From Podarcis gaigeae (taxonomy: Eukaryota), in NCBI GenBank assembly GCA_964106915.2, contig OZ066914.1: 64,000 nt of DNA. One strand, given 5' to 3'. The notes below the pieces were generated by a model. It saw nothing but the letters and a program-made list of their open reading frames with translations, did no database searches and was not told where the DNA came from. Made by a program: the position numbers and the translations under genes. Shown piece by piece: positions 38,460 through 51,332 of the stretch; within the stretch, counting starts at the first letter, position 1; every line of letters starts with the position of its first letter.

Positions 38460-38520
38460 CGCAAGAAGAGCGCAGTCACATACCTGAACAGCACAATGCA
38501 TCCTGGGACACGTAAACGAG
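38460..38520 (+). CDS. PHF21A: PHF21A coding exon ([20 protein letters not shown]-), N-terminal half of the AT-hook
   Basis: GACTAAC branch point, pyrimidine tract, AAG acceptor; GTAGGT donor at 38521; 61 nt, phase 0/1. Confidence 0.96.
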
Positions 38521-40244
38521 GTAGGTGTCTCATAATAGCACCTCCTTGTATGTTTATTTCCCTTTCTTTTGGACTGAAATATAACAATATAGAAAATAGT
38601 TTTGTGGTACTGAATACACATCGTAGGTATGCTGTAACCCTGGTAGGCAGCTACTCTACAGAAGCATCCTTTGTTGGTAGGCGTTGGGGGTAATCTGGAA
38701 TGAATAAGGATATGAATGGGAGAATTTCCTGTGTGTAAACTGTCTTGGGCCAGTAAAGATTCCCAACCCAGATTAGTAAATGTAACCCGTCATGCAGACT
38801 AGAAGGGGGATGCCAAGGTGGTAATTGAGCTCCCATTCTGAGACTTTTCCCTTGTAGTGACTAAGTGAGTTTGGTCCTATGTTAGGACTCACTGTTTATG
38901 AAATGAAATTATTTCTTGTGCTGTTAAGAACATGTTCAGGTTTCTTTGAAAGGCGAGTTACTTGATCTTTGATGAAATCGTGTAGCAACCATGGTACTCT
39001 TAAAATTATTACACGGATGCTTGCAAAATTCTTCCCACCCAATTTTCTCCTTAGATTTCAAGGTTCCGAATTCTTGATCTTGCTTGTGGAATGGCACCAG
39101 TAATCTGCCATTTTTCTGTTTTTAACGTACAGACTTTGTTTAGGCTGCTACACATGCAGTTCGCTAGTTTTCCATTTGCATACTCCTCCCCCCCTTTACA
39201 GGTTACTAATCCATGCCAGCAAAGGCGAACGTTGATTAAAATACTAACGAAAAAGGCAGTAGTAACATGGTCATATCTATTCATGTGCCCTAGTGTGTAT
39301 CTGTAAACTGTTAAGGGTTAGGAGTAATGTTGCAAATGAAAAACTCTGGCAGACTGCATATAAGCCAGTCCTGAGATGTATTTTAGAAATTGTCCATGTA
39401 AAACTGTAAGGCAGGAAAAGCAGACCATGGGGCTGCCAATCCATGGAACAAGAAAAGAACTTGGGATCTCTATTTTATCCCTAAACTGTGCTGCTTCCAC
39501 TGTGAACAATATATCTAGTATCTCAAAAACACTTTTCCTTGAGGAGGGAAGGTTTCTGCATTCTCCCTGCATCTTGAACCTTTAAGTGTTGTTTGGTCTC
39601 CAAGAAGCAGATGATGCACAGTTTTTGAAGTTTTGAGATGAAGCCCTCTGCTTCAGTAGGTTGTGACAGCTATCGACATGGTTGAGTTCAAGAGAGGTTA
39701 AGTTAATTCCTAATGCTTTGGGTGACCCTAAGATCACCAGAGAATGTATGTTGGTGGCCAGGAATCAGAGAGGTACTATATCATCAATGCTTGTTGTTGC
39801 TAATACATCACCAAGCATGTCTGTTTTGTGTCTGAGACAAGTTACTACTGATCTGCTCTCGTGTGGTGGTTGCTGTGTTCTTAGAGCCAGCCAATTGCAC
39901 AGTAGAACTAAGCTTGGCTTTGAGATTAATTTATTTTGACTCTGTTCAGTGCTAAATATCTTGGGTGAGCACTGAATGCCCTTTCTGTAATGCTTTCTAA
40001 TGTTTGCTCTGCTCCAGGGCCTGTTGTTCAAAAACAAATGGCCAGGTCAGAGGACATAAGTTGTATAATACTTGATATTTCAAATGTTAAAAGATATATG
40101 CACTATGTACCTAGTAGGATGAGTGTGTTCATGCACATGAGTGTTTGGGTGAGTTATTAGGTAGCTCAGCAGTTTCAGTAGAGTGCATTTGTCTCTTTCT
40201 GTTTAGCCCACTGATTTGAATTTGCTTAAAATGATAGTGCCTGT

Positions 40245-40245
<1 letters not shown>

Positions 40246-40292
<47 letters not shown>

Positions 40293-40317
40293 TATTATTA
40301 TTATTATTATTATTATT
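40246..40317. repeat. (AAT)n immediately followed by (ATT)n, a palindromic microsatellite
   Basis: Read directly from the sequence. Confidence 0.95.
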
Positions 40318-41411
40318 TTATTTATTAGTCTTTGGCAGCTTTTGGCATTTTGAAAATAAGGTGATGGTCTCATTGCAGTTTATATTGAGCAGGCTTTACT
40401 TTACCCAAAAATTGCTGCCATAACTGCTCAGTTCAGCTATTAGTGCATTTCCCCAGGAGCTCAGATGTTCAGAGGAGCCCTTCTTTCCTTGCATAATTTG
40501 TTTCTCACCTGAAGCAAAATTGGATGTACTGGGTTTTTTTGCACTGATGTTGGCTTTCTGTCCCTCAACACACAGAGGGCATTGGCCTTCAGTGCCACTT
40601 TCCATCAGAGTTGTTAGGTGCCATTTACTGAAGATAATGATTACAATGCATGTTTAATTTGATCTTCCTGCCTCTTTTCTCAGTCTCTAGCTTCACTTAT
40701 TGACTGCTTAAATATCTTTATATATATATATATATATATTCCTCTCTGAGCATATGCCTCTCATCAATCATCAGAGTAGTGGTAATGCAAAAGACAAAGA
40801 TTGGTGTCTCCTACAGTGTTGTGATTTCACTTGGAATAATAGCACAATTTATCGTTGAGTTATATCTTCCTACAGTCAGCAGGATAGGATTTTATCTTAA
40901 CTCTTCATACTTGCAGATTTGCTTTGTTGAGGCTTTCTCCCACCTAGGCTACCATGCAGCTCCTTTTGCTGAGAGAGATCTCATGGGGTTGCAGGCTGTA
41001 ATTTTCTCTGGCATTTGTGGAATGTTGAGTTTTTCTTAGCACAAAGGTGGTATTTAGATGTAGGTTTCACCTTAGGCTCACTGAGGGTGATTTACCAATG
41101 GTCATAACAATGTGATGGAGATACCATGATAAATTAGAGTGGTAGAAATCATGGCAGCTTTTCTTTGCCAGTGGAATTTGGGGGTGGTAAGTTAAAAGTT
41201 AAAGACATTAGTGTGGTTATAGAGATATATTGGGAGTAGCGCTCTTTCTGAAGGCATGTGTTTTCTCTCTTGTGATACCATCCTTCCTTACACATTTCTC
41301 CTTTAAGTGCCATAAAAATAACTTTACAGTCCTGACTTGGCTTTCTTTCACTCGTGACTATAATACTAACTTCTTCTCTGTACTACATCACTTCCTTTTT
41401 TTTCATGCTAG

Positions 41412-41434
41412 CCAATGAGGAGCACTGGCCAAAG
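41412..41434 (+). CDS. PHF21A: PHF21A alternative 23-nt microexon (ANEEHWPK), neuronal isoform, mutually exclusive with the next exon
   Basis: TACTAAC at 41364-70, long pyrimidine tract, TAG acceptor, AAG|GTATGT donor; phase 1/0 like the next exon; peptide matches the recalled mammalian neuronal PHF21A exon. Confidence 0.9.
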
Positions 41435-41486
41435 GTATGTAAGATTATTTCCCCTCCCCTTTTTGTTCCCTTTTGTTAATGTGTAG

Positions 41487-41650
41487 GTCGTCCACCTAAA
41501 TACAACACGGTGCTGGGGTTTGGGGCTCTGACCCCCACATCCCCTCTGTCCAGTCATCCTGACTCCCCTGAAAATGAAAAGACAGAGACCACATTTTCTT
41601 TCCCCGCAACTGTTCATCCTGTGTCCCTGCCCAGCCCCAGCTCCACAGAC
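41487..41650 (+). CDS. PHF21A: PHF21A canonical exon completing the AT-hook ([20 protein letters not shown]...SPSSTD)
   Basis: TAG acceptor, GTAAGT donor at 41651; 164 nt, phase 1/0; joins the previous exon to give RKRGRPPK. Confidence 0.96.
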
Positions 41651-43608
41651 GTAAGTAATTCTTCCTGAGAGGTTTGCTGTTTGAAGAGACCGTGGAGACT
41701 TCAGAATTTGGTTCTTTAGATGCACTGGTATTATGGTAAACTGCAATAATATGACCCCCTTCTTCAGCCCCCTACACTTCTACTTGTACCTATTCACCCC
41801 CCACCCAGACTCTGGAGTAGTATATATATATATCTATATGATATCCACAGGACATGCCAGAATGTTCATATCCTAGAATCATAGAATTGTAGAGTTAGAA
41901 GGGGAAATATTTCAAAGTTCTGTAAGCCCTTCCCAGATGCACAGTGATGCAGTGAATTAAAGACAGTGCATTTGTGATATATTTCAGCAATCTAATGGCA
42001 GGAGAAGAACGGATCCTGTCACACAGAAGCCTTAGGAACAATTACGTATTATTACTGAATCAATAAAGTAAGGAGAAATTCTTGCTCAAGATAGTTGGAC
42101 ACAGCATTAGTGGAGTCAGAGTGAGTGCCTTCACTGACACCTGGCGGTTGCTTCTCATTTATGGATTCTGCATACCTATATGGGGGAAAGTTTTCTTTTC
42201 TGTGAAAGTATCCTCCTGGTATGTGAGCCCAGTTGCCTATTCTGCCAGTTTAGCACAAGCTGTTGCTGAATTAAAGTTGATCTATCCCATAGCTTGATCT
42301 GCAGCATTGTCTGTTTTTGGAGGGTGTGGGTGGTAATTTTTTATTACTCAGAAGGGAGGTAAATCCATCCTTCTCATGATAGCTGGGTTGGAATTGGAAG
42401 TTCTGGACTCACAACCTTGGTCAAGTCTCATCACTTCTCTGTACCTTCGTTTCCTCATAATAAATAGCTCCATGGTTATAAGACCCAACTAATGAACACA
42501 TTTTACACACAATCAGACTTGCATAACTTTTATGTTCTAGTGGGCTGCACTAGATGTTCCTCCAATCTGTTTTTTATGCTGCTGAGCTAAGAGCCTCTGC
42601 ATCTCATTCATGAAATATGCAGCTTGAGGATTGCTCTAACTTACATAACTGTATCTGTAGCCTCATTGTTGAAGCAGCCAAGAATAGCCAAATCAGGAAC
42701 ACCATCAGTATCTTTTCTGCACTGCTGGGTATTGCAAAAGATAAAATCAACAGGCAGCATTCCTATAGGATGCAAGTTCTGTGTTAAGAGCCATAGTCAT
42801 TCATTCTCTAGGTATTGTATTATTCATGAAATCTCCCAAACTATCAGAAGGCAGTAGTAAAAATTGATCCAAACAAAGAGGACTTTCCTGCTGATTCAGC
42901 ATGGCGTGCTCACATGTACGTGAACACATTCTACTTATAACAGGTTTGACAAAGGTTGCTAGATTCTTAAGCACATTTGTTTTATAAATAAAGCACTAGG
43001 ACAGTGAGCTCATTGTCATTCCAGTTGATGTCTGTTGCACATTTTTACATAATGTTCTGAGCTTTCGGTAATGATGTAATTCTGATTAGCCATCAGCCTT
43101 CAAGCCTAGAGTGTTTTGTTAAATATCCATCCACCAAACATGTACACACATCACATGAATGTATTGCTTCCTCCAGAAATTCACCTCCTATTTCACTTCA
43201 GTGGTGTGTGTTTTTCAGAGAATTTATGGTAAATAGGTTTGTTTTCAGTTGTGTCGCTCCACTCACCAAAGACTCTTTAATCCAACATAGGATTCCTTTA
43301 ATGGAATGGGGGCAGGCATTGTTTGCTGATTTCCCCCAATCTCTCTGCAGTCCCTAGACCTCCCCTGGTCTGCTCCAAAGGATTGTGGAGGTTGATGGGG
43401 CAGGTGGCCCCCAGAAGATAATGAAAACTGCTTCCCTTCCATTCATGGAAACCTCTGCTAGTGCAGGGTACTGCCCATTAATGGAGAGAGACAACTGAGT
43501 ACAACCTTCTGATCTTGTTAGCTTCTGAATATCTTTAACTTCCGTAATCAGTTACTCAGATTAAGATGCTCATTAGGTTTCAGCTCCACTTCAACAGGCG
43601 CTCTAGGG

Positions 43609-43745
43609 CTAGGATGTGGGATCTGTGGCCTTCCAGATGTTGCTGTACTCAAACTTTCATTAGCCTTGGCTAGCCTAGCCAGAGGTCAGGGGATTTTGTA
43701 AGTTAGTTCAGTAGTATTTGGAGAGCTACATGCTCCCCACCCCTG
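43609..43745. mobile_element. hAT-like MITE with an 8-bp TSD
   Basis: CTCTAGGG (43601-08) and TTCTAGGG (43746-53) flank a quasi-palindromic 137-bp element ending CCCCACCCCTG. Confidence 0.65.
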
Positions 43746-46199
43746 TTCTAGGGAAACCTCATTGTGTTTTTCCTCCATGCAATCACAAAATACAAGAAAA
43801 AAGTAGGGATTTGAGTTTGAGTAGTCATAACGCTTCAAGAGATACATGAAAGTTTAACTCTGTTGAGTGGACAATATGAAACTGGCTGTATTATTATAGA
43901 TTGAACTACTTTAGAACCCAACAATGCTCAAGTCACAGGGGATCCAACCCCCTTATATTTTGTGAAACTCATATTAGCTACTACTACTACTACTACACTG
44001 TAGAAAGCTACAGAGAGGAGTATGACTGGCTTAAAAGCTGGGGTGGGGGTTGAGGGATAAAATGTGAGGTTTTAATTAAGTCCCCCCCTTCCCCCCATAA
44101 TTTGAACATTGGAATCCAGCACTCATTTGATATGTAGAACTTGCAAAATCAAAGCATCTTTACATGCCAAAGTCAGGATAGCACAGTAAGTTTAGGAATT
44201 AATAGAGAGAGGTTTCCATCAAAGTGTGAAGGCTTGGTTTTCAATGTCAAAGTTTAAGCCTCAGCTAATGTTTGTGGGTAATATCCTCCCACCCACCCGT
44301 GGTTGGTATTCTGGCATCATTTAATATGTATTCTTAATAAAGATTGGCACATTAGCATGCTATGCAAGGCAGTAGAAAACATCTGGCATAATTCAAATCC
44401 TACCACTGCTCAGTTTGATATGGAAGATTAAATTACATACTTTAAGGAGGCTGTGACACTTTTATTTCTTTCAAATTTTATCCCTATATTCTGAATTTGA
44501 AGAAAGCTTTAGAGATTGGGATTTGGATGTAGCAATTTTCCAGAGCAGCCCTCAGTTGATTGAAATTCATGTATTAAGCCATTTTCTGTTACCTTATTTC
44601 TGTTCTTTTTAGCTCTTCTTCTCTTTCTGCATTTCTGTACAGTGATCTACAAATAAAAATAGTAACTATGAGATGGAAACAGCAGAAGGAAAGAGAGAAA
44701 AGGAAACTAAATGGCTTTGCTAAGAATTTTGCATCCTAAAGTGAAGAGATAAGGAAGGGAAAGTAATGGAAAGAGCCATGCAAAACTGAAATGTTCTTGC
44801 TATTAAAACTAGTACTGGGGCCTTTGTTGACATTTTACAGCTGGGGATGGTGTTTTGTGTTAGTCTGGTTCGGTCAAGGTTTTCCATCTCTTCTTTCGAA
44901 AGGCCAAGTTTACGTAAGATAAATCAGAAAAAGTATGCCTATTACTGGATATTGCAGTGATGCACCAAGGTTAAAGTTATATTAGGCTTAAAGTGGTGCA
45001 TTAACTTACCGTAATTTTGCAACCAGTGCCTTCTACTTCCAAAATATTGAAAATATGATGGCCCATGAAACACATTTCTTAGGAAAGACTGTAGCTACCT
45101 TAAGAGGTAGCACCCAGGTGAAATTATGCTTATGCTCATGCTAAGCATGCCCAAGGCTATATTCCATAGCCTTTTGCAAACAATAATTTTATTGCACAAT
45201 AAATATGTAGATCTTACTCATATTTGCAGAGAATCCAGGCAGCCTTTCTCCTCAGTGCTGTTCCTCTGATTTTGCCAACGTGTAGACCACAGTTCTTTTG
45301 CCAATAGAGAGCATTAATTTAATATTTTATCTCGGGCCCCCACCTGCCTAACCCATCCCCTTGCTTTCTTGTTTTGATTTGGCGTGCTGCGTGGAATGAG
45401 GCTGTACAGATGTCACAGGCACCTAGAAATGGCCATGACTTCACTGCTCACAATTGGTACAATTTTCTGCCCCTATAGCTGTGCAGATTTTGCTTAGAGG
45501 CTTATCAATCCAGTGTGGTCATATAGCCATTGAAAATAAAGACATACAGTAGCAGCAGCAACCACCACAGCAAATCTCTCTTATCCATCATGGTTAATGA
45601 TACCAGCTTTTATTCCTTGTATATGTGTTAGTTTCACTCCTCTCCAGCACTGGAATATTCATATTCACTATTTGATTTATGTACTCTGTCCCCAAACAAA
45701 ATAAGCACCTCAGTATAGTGAGCTCCTAGTGTTGGATCGGGCTACTAATGTTGGATTTAAATTATTAGTTGCTTACTACAAAAGTCTCTAATGGAGCAAT
45801 CCTAACTATAGAAAGCTAGCATAAATAATGCTGGCATGTTACAGTGGCAAAAGTTACCCCTATTCCAAACTCAGTTCAGAAGGAATAGGACACTCTTTGC
45901 CAGCTACATTCGCTGGGCTGCTGGGTCACTTGACTGAGCCAGAAGGTGTTTGGAAGAGGTGTAAGTCTCTCCTTGCTCTGCCACATCTCCAGAATGCCCC
46001 CTTCTGGGGGGAACTTGTGCTAGTGTAAGTGATACCGTCTTAAGATCCACCGGCTGAGCACCCATTGAGATCTGCCATATCCAAATTCTTTCATCCCAGT
46101 GGATCCTAGGTTTCAATTACACTGCAAGTGACTTACAATCTTTTGGTTTTTAACTTTTTTGTAACAAAAAACAGAAGCTAAAGCATTCTGCACTACCAG

Positions 46200-46540
46200 G
46201 GCCACCTGTCCCTCAAGTGACAGCAGTGGAGCCAGGAAGACACTCAGACTATGGACCTTTCAGAATGAGTCTCACCCTGTCTAGAGCAGATTGCATGCCA
46301 TTCACCTGGTCAGAAGATCCACCTGCTAATCCATCTTGGCTGGATTAAGACTCATGCCATTGGTCCTTATCCAGTCCATTATCATGACAGGGCACCAATC
46401 AGCAGATCCACTGCCTACCTGCAGAAGATGACATAAGAGCTGTGTGTCATCAGCATGGTGATGACAGCACACTCTCAGATGCTGTCTAATCCCACCCAGC
46501 ATTAAGTGAAACGTGGATGACAAGTTCTGCACCTCCTGGA
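46200..46540 (-). mobile_element. Degenerate L2-clade LINE reverse-transcriptase fragment
   Basis: Track ORF 46326..46532 reads CHHHADDTQL...WIRTNGMSLNPAK, a decayed CHQYADDTQL...WMxxNxLxLNPxK. Confidence 0.8.
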
Positions 46541-46927
46541 GAACTGAACCTATTGCGGCACTTTAAAAATGTTTTCCATATAGTGGATCACTGGGACTTT
46601 CACCCCACATTTAATTTCACTTACTTGGAAATAAGATGAGTGTGATCCTTAACTATATAAATAAGTGATCTGTGCTATATAGTTTGAAATTAGGGTACTA
46701 GGGTAGACATGGTGGCATTTGAAGAAGCTGTGGCCCTTGACGTTCCTTGTGGTTCTTTTCTGTCTGAAGAAAGTGGATCTAATCGCCAGGCACCCTTTGG
46801 TAGCTTTCTTTCTGTGTTTCATGAAAAGGATATTATTTTGGGGATTTCATTCACTTAGGACTTTACTTTGAACTGGAATTTAGTTTTCAAAGTTTGTAAG
46901 TTCCCTTTCCCCCCTCTAATTTTATAG

Positions 46928-47083
46928 GGTGATATCCATGAAGATTTTTGCAGTGTTTGCAGGAAAAGTGGGCAGTTGCTGATGTGTGACACGTGCTCAC
47001 GTGTGTATCACTTGGACTGTCTGGACCCACCTCTGAAAACTATTCCCAAGGGCATGTGGATCTGTCCCAAATGTCAAGACCAG
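46928..47083 (+). CDS. PHF21A: PHF21A PHD-finger exon ([52 protein letters not shown]), unmethylated-H3K4 reader
   Basis: C4HC3 PHD pattern; TAG acceptor, GT at 47084; 156 nt. Confidence 0.98.
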
Positions 47084-48821
47084 GTATTGTTTAACACAAA
47101 AGGGGAAGCATCTCGCAATGGTTCTCTGCTTTTGACAAAATGGGTGGGGCACATGGCTTAGACTTTGAGAGGGTGACAATATCTGTCCTGAACTGAAATG
47201 GCCTCACAAATTCAAAGCCATCAAACGTTTGCTTTTCTGTACCACATCTCAGGGTACTAAACAGCCATTTATTTGCCATGGCAAAGCTCGAAGACTTACG
47301 GGGAAGATTCCCTTTGATCCACTTGCATCTTTATCTATTTCTGCTTCCACAATATATATATATATAATGTTAGCTTCATTCTACAATATGTGTGGTGGAA
47401 AGTCCAGTATTTTAAGGTCTAGGACAAAGCTGCATGCTGGAAAACCAATGTTTGCATGATAATGCAGGGATATAGGACATTTTACAGGTGAGAGTTAGCA
47501 GGCATGAGATAGATGCTAAATCTTTTCCCATAGCTGGCTCTGAGAGCAAAAATAAGCCCAGCTGGGGAGGAACGTTTTGTGATGAATAACCACATGATTA
47601 AACACCCGTCTCCCACTCACCAATTCTCTTCTGGAAATGCCCCGCTACTCCTGCATTGCTGTTAACCAACAAACACATTTGTGGGAAATGCATGTTTGCC
47701 AAAGTAACATGTAGTTTTCTCCACGGAGACTGCTCTTTGCTATCAGAGTGTTTTTCCTTTAGCTAATTAGATCAGCAGTTTGTGAATCATGAAGTCACAA
47801 TCCTCTCTACTAGCACGTTTTAAGATCAGATATGTTGTCTCTTCATTCCTGTTCAGCTTGTTAAAATTTCATCAGCAGAAAATGTTTGTAGATGCAAGGG
47901 AATGTACAAAATTGCTGACATGGTGATTAAACAGGCTTCCCTTGTGGGAGGTTTAGCACAGATGTGTGAGTATTTCATGCTATTAAATCTTGAGGGTCTT
48001 CCCAAACTATTGTGGAGGTTTTTGTGTGTGCAGTAAATGCAATGTTTACTTGCTTGAGGTGCGTGTTGAGTTGTGGATCAGGCATCTTTTTTGGATAATG
48101 CTTCTGTTGAAGAATTTCCCCAGTACTCAAACCTCAGTATTCTTTTGCTTGGAATTTCCTCCTCCCCCCCCCCCCATTTCAGCATACTATTGTGAGTGCT
48201 GTGTACAAGCTGGTTGTGAATATCACAGGCACATATGTTTTAGTGATTAGTAACACAATTCCCCTTCTTCCTACCAGTGCTTCACTATTTTGTTATCCAT
48301 TTAGGGATTATTATTTTTTTTTAATTAATTCTTTAGGGGCTGAATGCTTGCCTGCTGAAACAACCAAGCATAGAAATGATCATGTAATTGCCTTCATCTT
48401 GTTTTTTAATGTAGGCTTTAAAGCAACAAGGCTACCCTTCCTTACCATTTCATGAAATTTGTGTTTTTTATTTAGTTCTTGAAAGGTTATGCGTTATCCC
48501 CATGCACTTGATAGCACTGCAGCACAGTCTTACTCTCCTTCCTTTTGATATGTGGATATAGTCTGGTTCATTTCTTTATCCCATTGGCCTCCCAAATCCA
48601 TCACATGTCAACAAAGCATCAGGCTTCTTGTCCCGGACCAGAACTAACAGCATCCCAAGAGTAGAACAAAGGGGGATTTTAAGTTGTTTTATTGCCTGTG
48701 GAGGGCCTAAGAAGAGAATGGCATTGATTTTAATAGTTGTTGTGAAAGAAACCCTTTAGCGTGTGTCATCTTTCCTAGAGGTAGAACACGTCAGCCAAGT
48801 GTTCCTTCTCCTTTCTTTCAG

Positions 48822-48897
48822 ATGCTAAAGAAAGAAGAAGCAATCCCGTGGCCAGGAACTTTAGCAATTGTTCATTCATATATTGCATACAAAGCAG
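48822..48897 (+). CDS. PHF21A: PHF21A coding exon ([25 protein letters not shown]-)
   Basis: TTTCAG acceptor, GTAAG donor at 48898; 76 nt, phase 0/1. Confidence 0.97.
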
Positions 48898-49174
48898 GTA
48901 AGAAAATGGTGCACGGCTTGGCTTGGTTTTCTTTTCTTTGGAAAATGTTACTTTTGAGGAAGGGAGTAGGATGTTTGTTTTCAGAAGGAAATTAAGAGCT
49001 GACTGCATGATAGCCCCAGTAATGAAATGGATATGACAGCTTCATCTAACTCTCTTTATGTCTGCACCTGCAGCTTCAGGTATGGTCCAGTACTGGCTTT
49101 CCATTGTGCAAAAGCAGCTGAGAGATCCCATCTGCAGGACATAATTGATACAATTGATGTACTCTCTTTCACAG

Positions 49175-49278
49175 CAAAAGAAGAGGAAAAACAGAAATTA
49201 CTGAAATGGAGTTCAGATTTAAAACAGGAAAGGGAGCAGCTAGAACAGAAAGTCAAACAGCTCAGCAATTCTATAACA
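49175..49278 (+). CDS. PHF21A: PHF21A coding exon, C-terminal coiled coil ([35 protein letters not shown])
   Basis: CAG acceptor, GTAAGT donor at 49279; 104 nt, phase 1/0. Confidence 0.97.
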
Positions 49279-49725
49279 GTAAGTATTGCTGTGCTAAATG
49301 ATGGTTTGTTTATCCTCTGTGTTCCACTAGAAGCTACAGCCGTGAATCTTAGAAAATGACTGTTTACTGTGACCAATCACAGTATCAGTTCTGAGGCATG
49401 CTTCACCACAGCTTTGTCGTGGTGGTGTTTTTTAAAAGTCTCAGCGGCTTCTTATGTTTGTTAGAGCTTCTTTTTCTCTGCTCAGTCATAGTTGTAATCT
49501 ATATGCTGTAGTCGTGGCTGTGAAATAGCATTTGCTTTCTTTGAACTCTTTGGTTTGCTATGTGGGCTATATTTGGTATGGGAGCCATGTTGTAGCCACC
49601 AGGTGCTTTGACAAAGAATCTGTTTTTGCAGTCTCTTGTGGATCTTGGGATCCCTTTGCTTTCTCGTTTGGGCCTTTTTTTTATGAGCGCACTCATTAAT
49701 GCAATGTCGTTCCAATCTGCTTCAG

Positions 49726-49983
49726 AAATGTATGGAAATGAAGAACACCATCCTGGCAAAACAGAAGGAAATGCACAGTTCATTGGAGAAGGTAAAACAG
49801 TTAATTCGCCTCATCCAGGGCATCAACCTTTCAAAACCCATAAACTCTGAGGGCAGTTCCGTCGCCATCTCCAATGGCATGGACTCCACCAATAACGCAA
49901 AGGCTGCCACCGCCTCCACCCCAGCCTCTTCCCCCTCCCAGAGCTGCATGGTGAACTGTACCAAGGGCGACGAGACTAAATAA
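49726..49983 (+). CDS. PHF21A: PHF21A last coding exon ([32 protein letters not shown]...KGDETK*)
   Basis: TTCAG acceptor; TAA at 49981-83; matches the recalled C-terminus. Confidence 0.97.
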   Translation, partial: KCMEMKNTILAKQKEMHSSLEKVKQLIRLIQGINLSKPINSEGSSVAISNGMDSTNNAKAATASTPASSPSQSCMVNCTKGDETK

Positions 49984-50185
49984 CATAGCACAGGAAGAAG
50001 GAGCCGGGGGAGATGGCGGCGAGGCAGAAGAGCAAAACAATAAAACTCTAGAAAAGAAAAGCTGGATTTCTTCTGGAAAGCGCAGAACTCTTTGGTTCCA
50101 GAAAGAGCGCGAAGAGGCTTGTGCCAGGCAGCACCAGAGTTGCCAATCGATCCTCCTTATTCTGTGTGTACGTGCAAAGTTTGGA

Positions 50186-50361
50186 NNNNNNNNNNNNNNN
50201 NNNNNNNNNNNNNNNNNNNNNNNNNNNNNNNNNNNNNNNNNNNNNNNNNNNNNNNNNNNNNNNNNNNNNNNNNNNNNNNNNNNNNNNNNNNNNNNNNNNN
50301 NNNNNNNNNNNNNNNNNNNNNNNNNNNNNNNNNNNNNNNNNNNNNNNNNNNNNNNNNNNNN
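50186..50361. other. Assembly gap (176 N)
   Basis: N run. Confidence 1.
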
Positions 50362-51180
50362 GGGAGGAGGAGCAGGTTTCAAATCTTATCTGCAGACCAG
50401 TTTGTTTAGCTAAGGAAACTTCAAGTCCAAAGAGCCTGTGGGCTTTTCCTGTTTCTGAATTCTCCGTACTACTAAACCAAAAATCCAGAAATATGAATTA
50501 ACAAGTCCTAGGGTCCAGAGGGGGTGGGGTGGTGGGAGTGGGGACCAAGCCTATCCAATAAGCAGTATTCACTATTGTTTTGACAGGAGAGACAAAAAGG
50601 AATGGGGAAGGGTTTTTCACTAAGTATCTAGTGCGCACTCAGGCTGGGGATTACTAGATTGGCAGCTTTGGGTTTATCCACTTTTTCCCCCAAATAGACA
50701 AGTGAAATAAATTGCTGGTTTGGGCATCACATTGGCCCAGGAAGCTTTTGCTGAGGAAAAGGAGAAGGGAGGGGGACTAATATAATCAGCCTGGGGTTTC
50801 AGAAAAGTGGGTCACGACTGAAATGAAAATTCCAACTTTTTTTTTTGTACACTTGTCAAGCAAAAGTGATATTCCAAACAGTACAGCACATGTCCCAAAC
50901 ATATGGCCCAAATAGTAAAAAAAACCACAAAAAAATTAAAATGCCTGTTTCCTTTGTTTCCTTTCTCTTTTGGTTACAAATGTAAGGAATAGAAAAGCTG
51001 TTTTTTCAGGCTGACAGTCCAATTAAAGAGGTAGATGGGACCTTGCATGGTATAGATTAGAAGTAATAGTGTCAGTGAGATACAGTGAGTCTTTGTGAGT
51101 CCGTGTGTCATCGTTTTGGGCACTGTTTTTTATGCAAGGGCAAAATCTTTGTATCTGGGGGAAAAACAACTTTTTTAAAT

Positions 51181-51332
51181 NNNNNNNNNNNNNNNNNNNN
51201 NNNNNNNNNNNNNNNNNNNNNNNNNNNNNNNNNNNNNNNNNNNNNNNNNNNNNNNNNNNNNNNNNNNNNNNNNNNNNNNNNNNNNNNNNNNNNNNNNNNN
51301 NNNNNNNNNNNNNNNNNNNNNNNNNNNNNNNN
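51181..51332. other. Assembly gap (152 N)
   Basis: N run. Confidence 1.
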
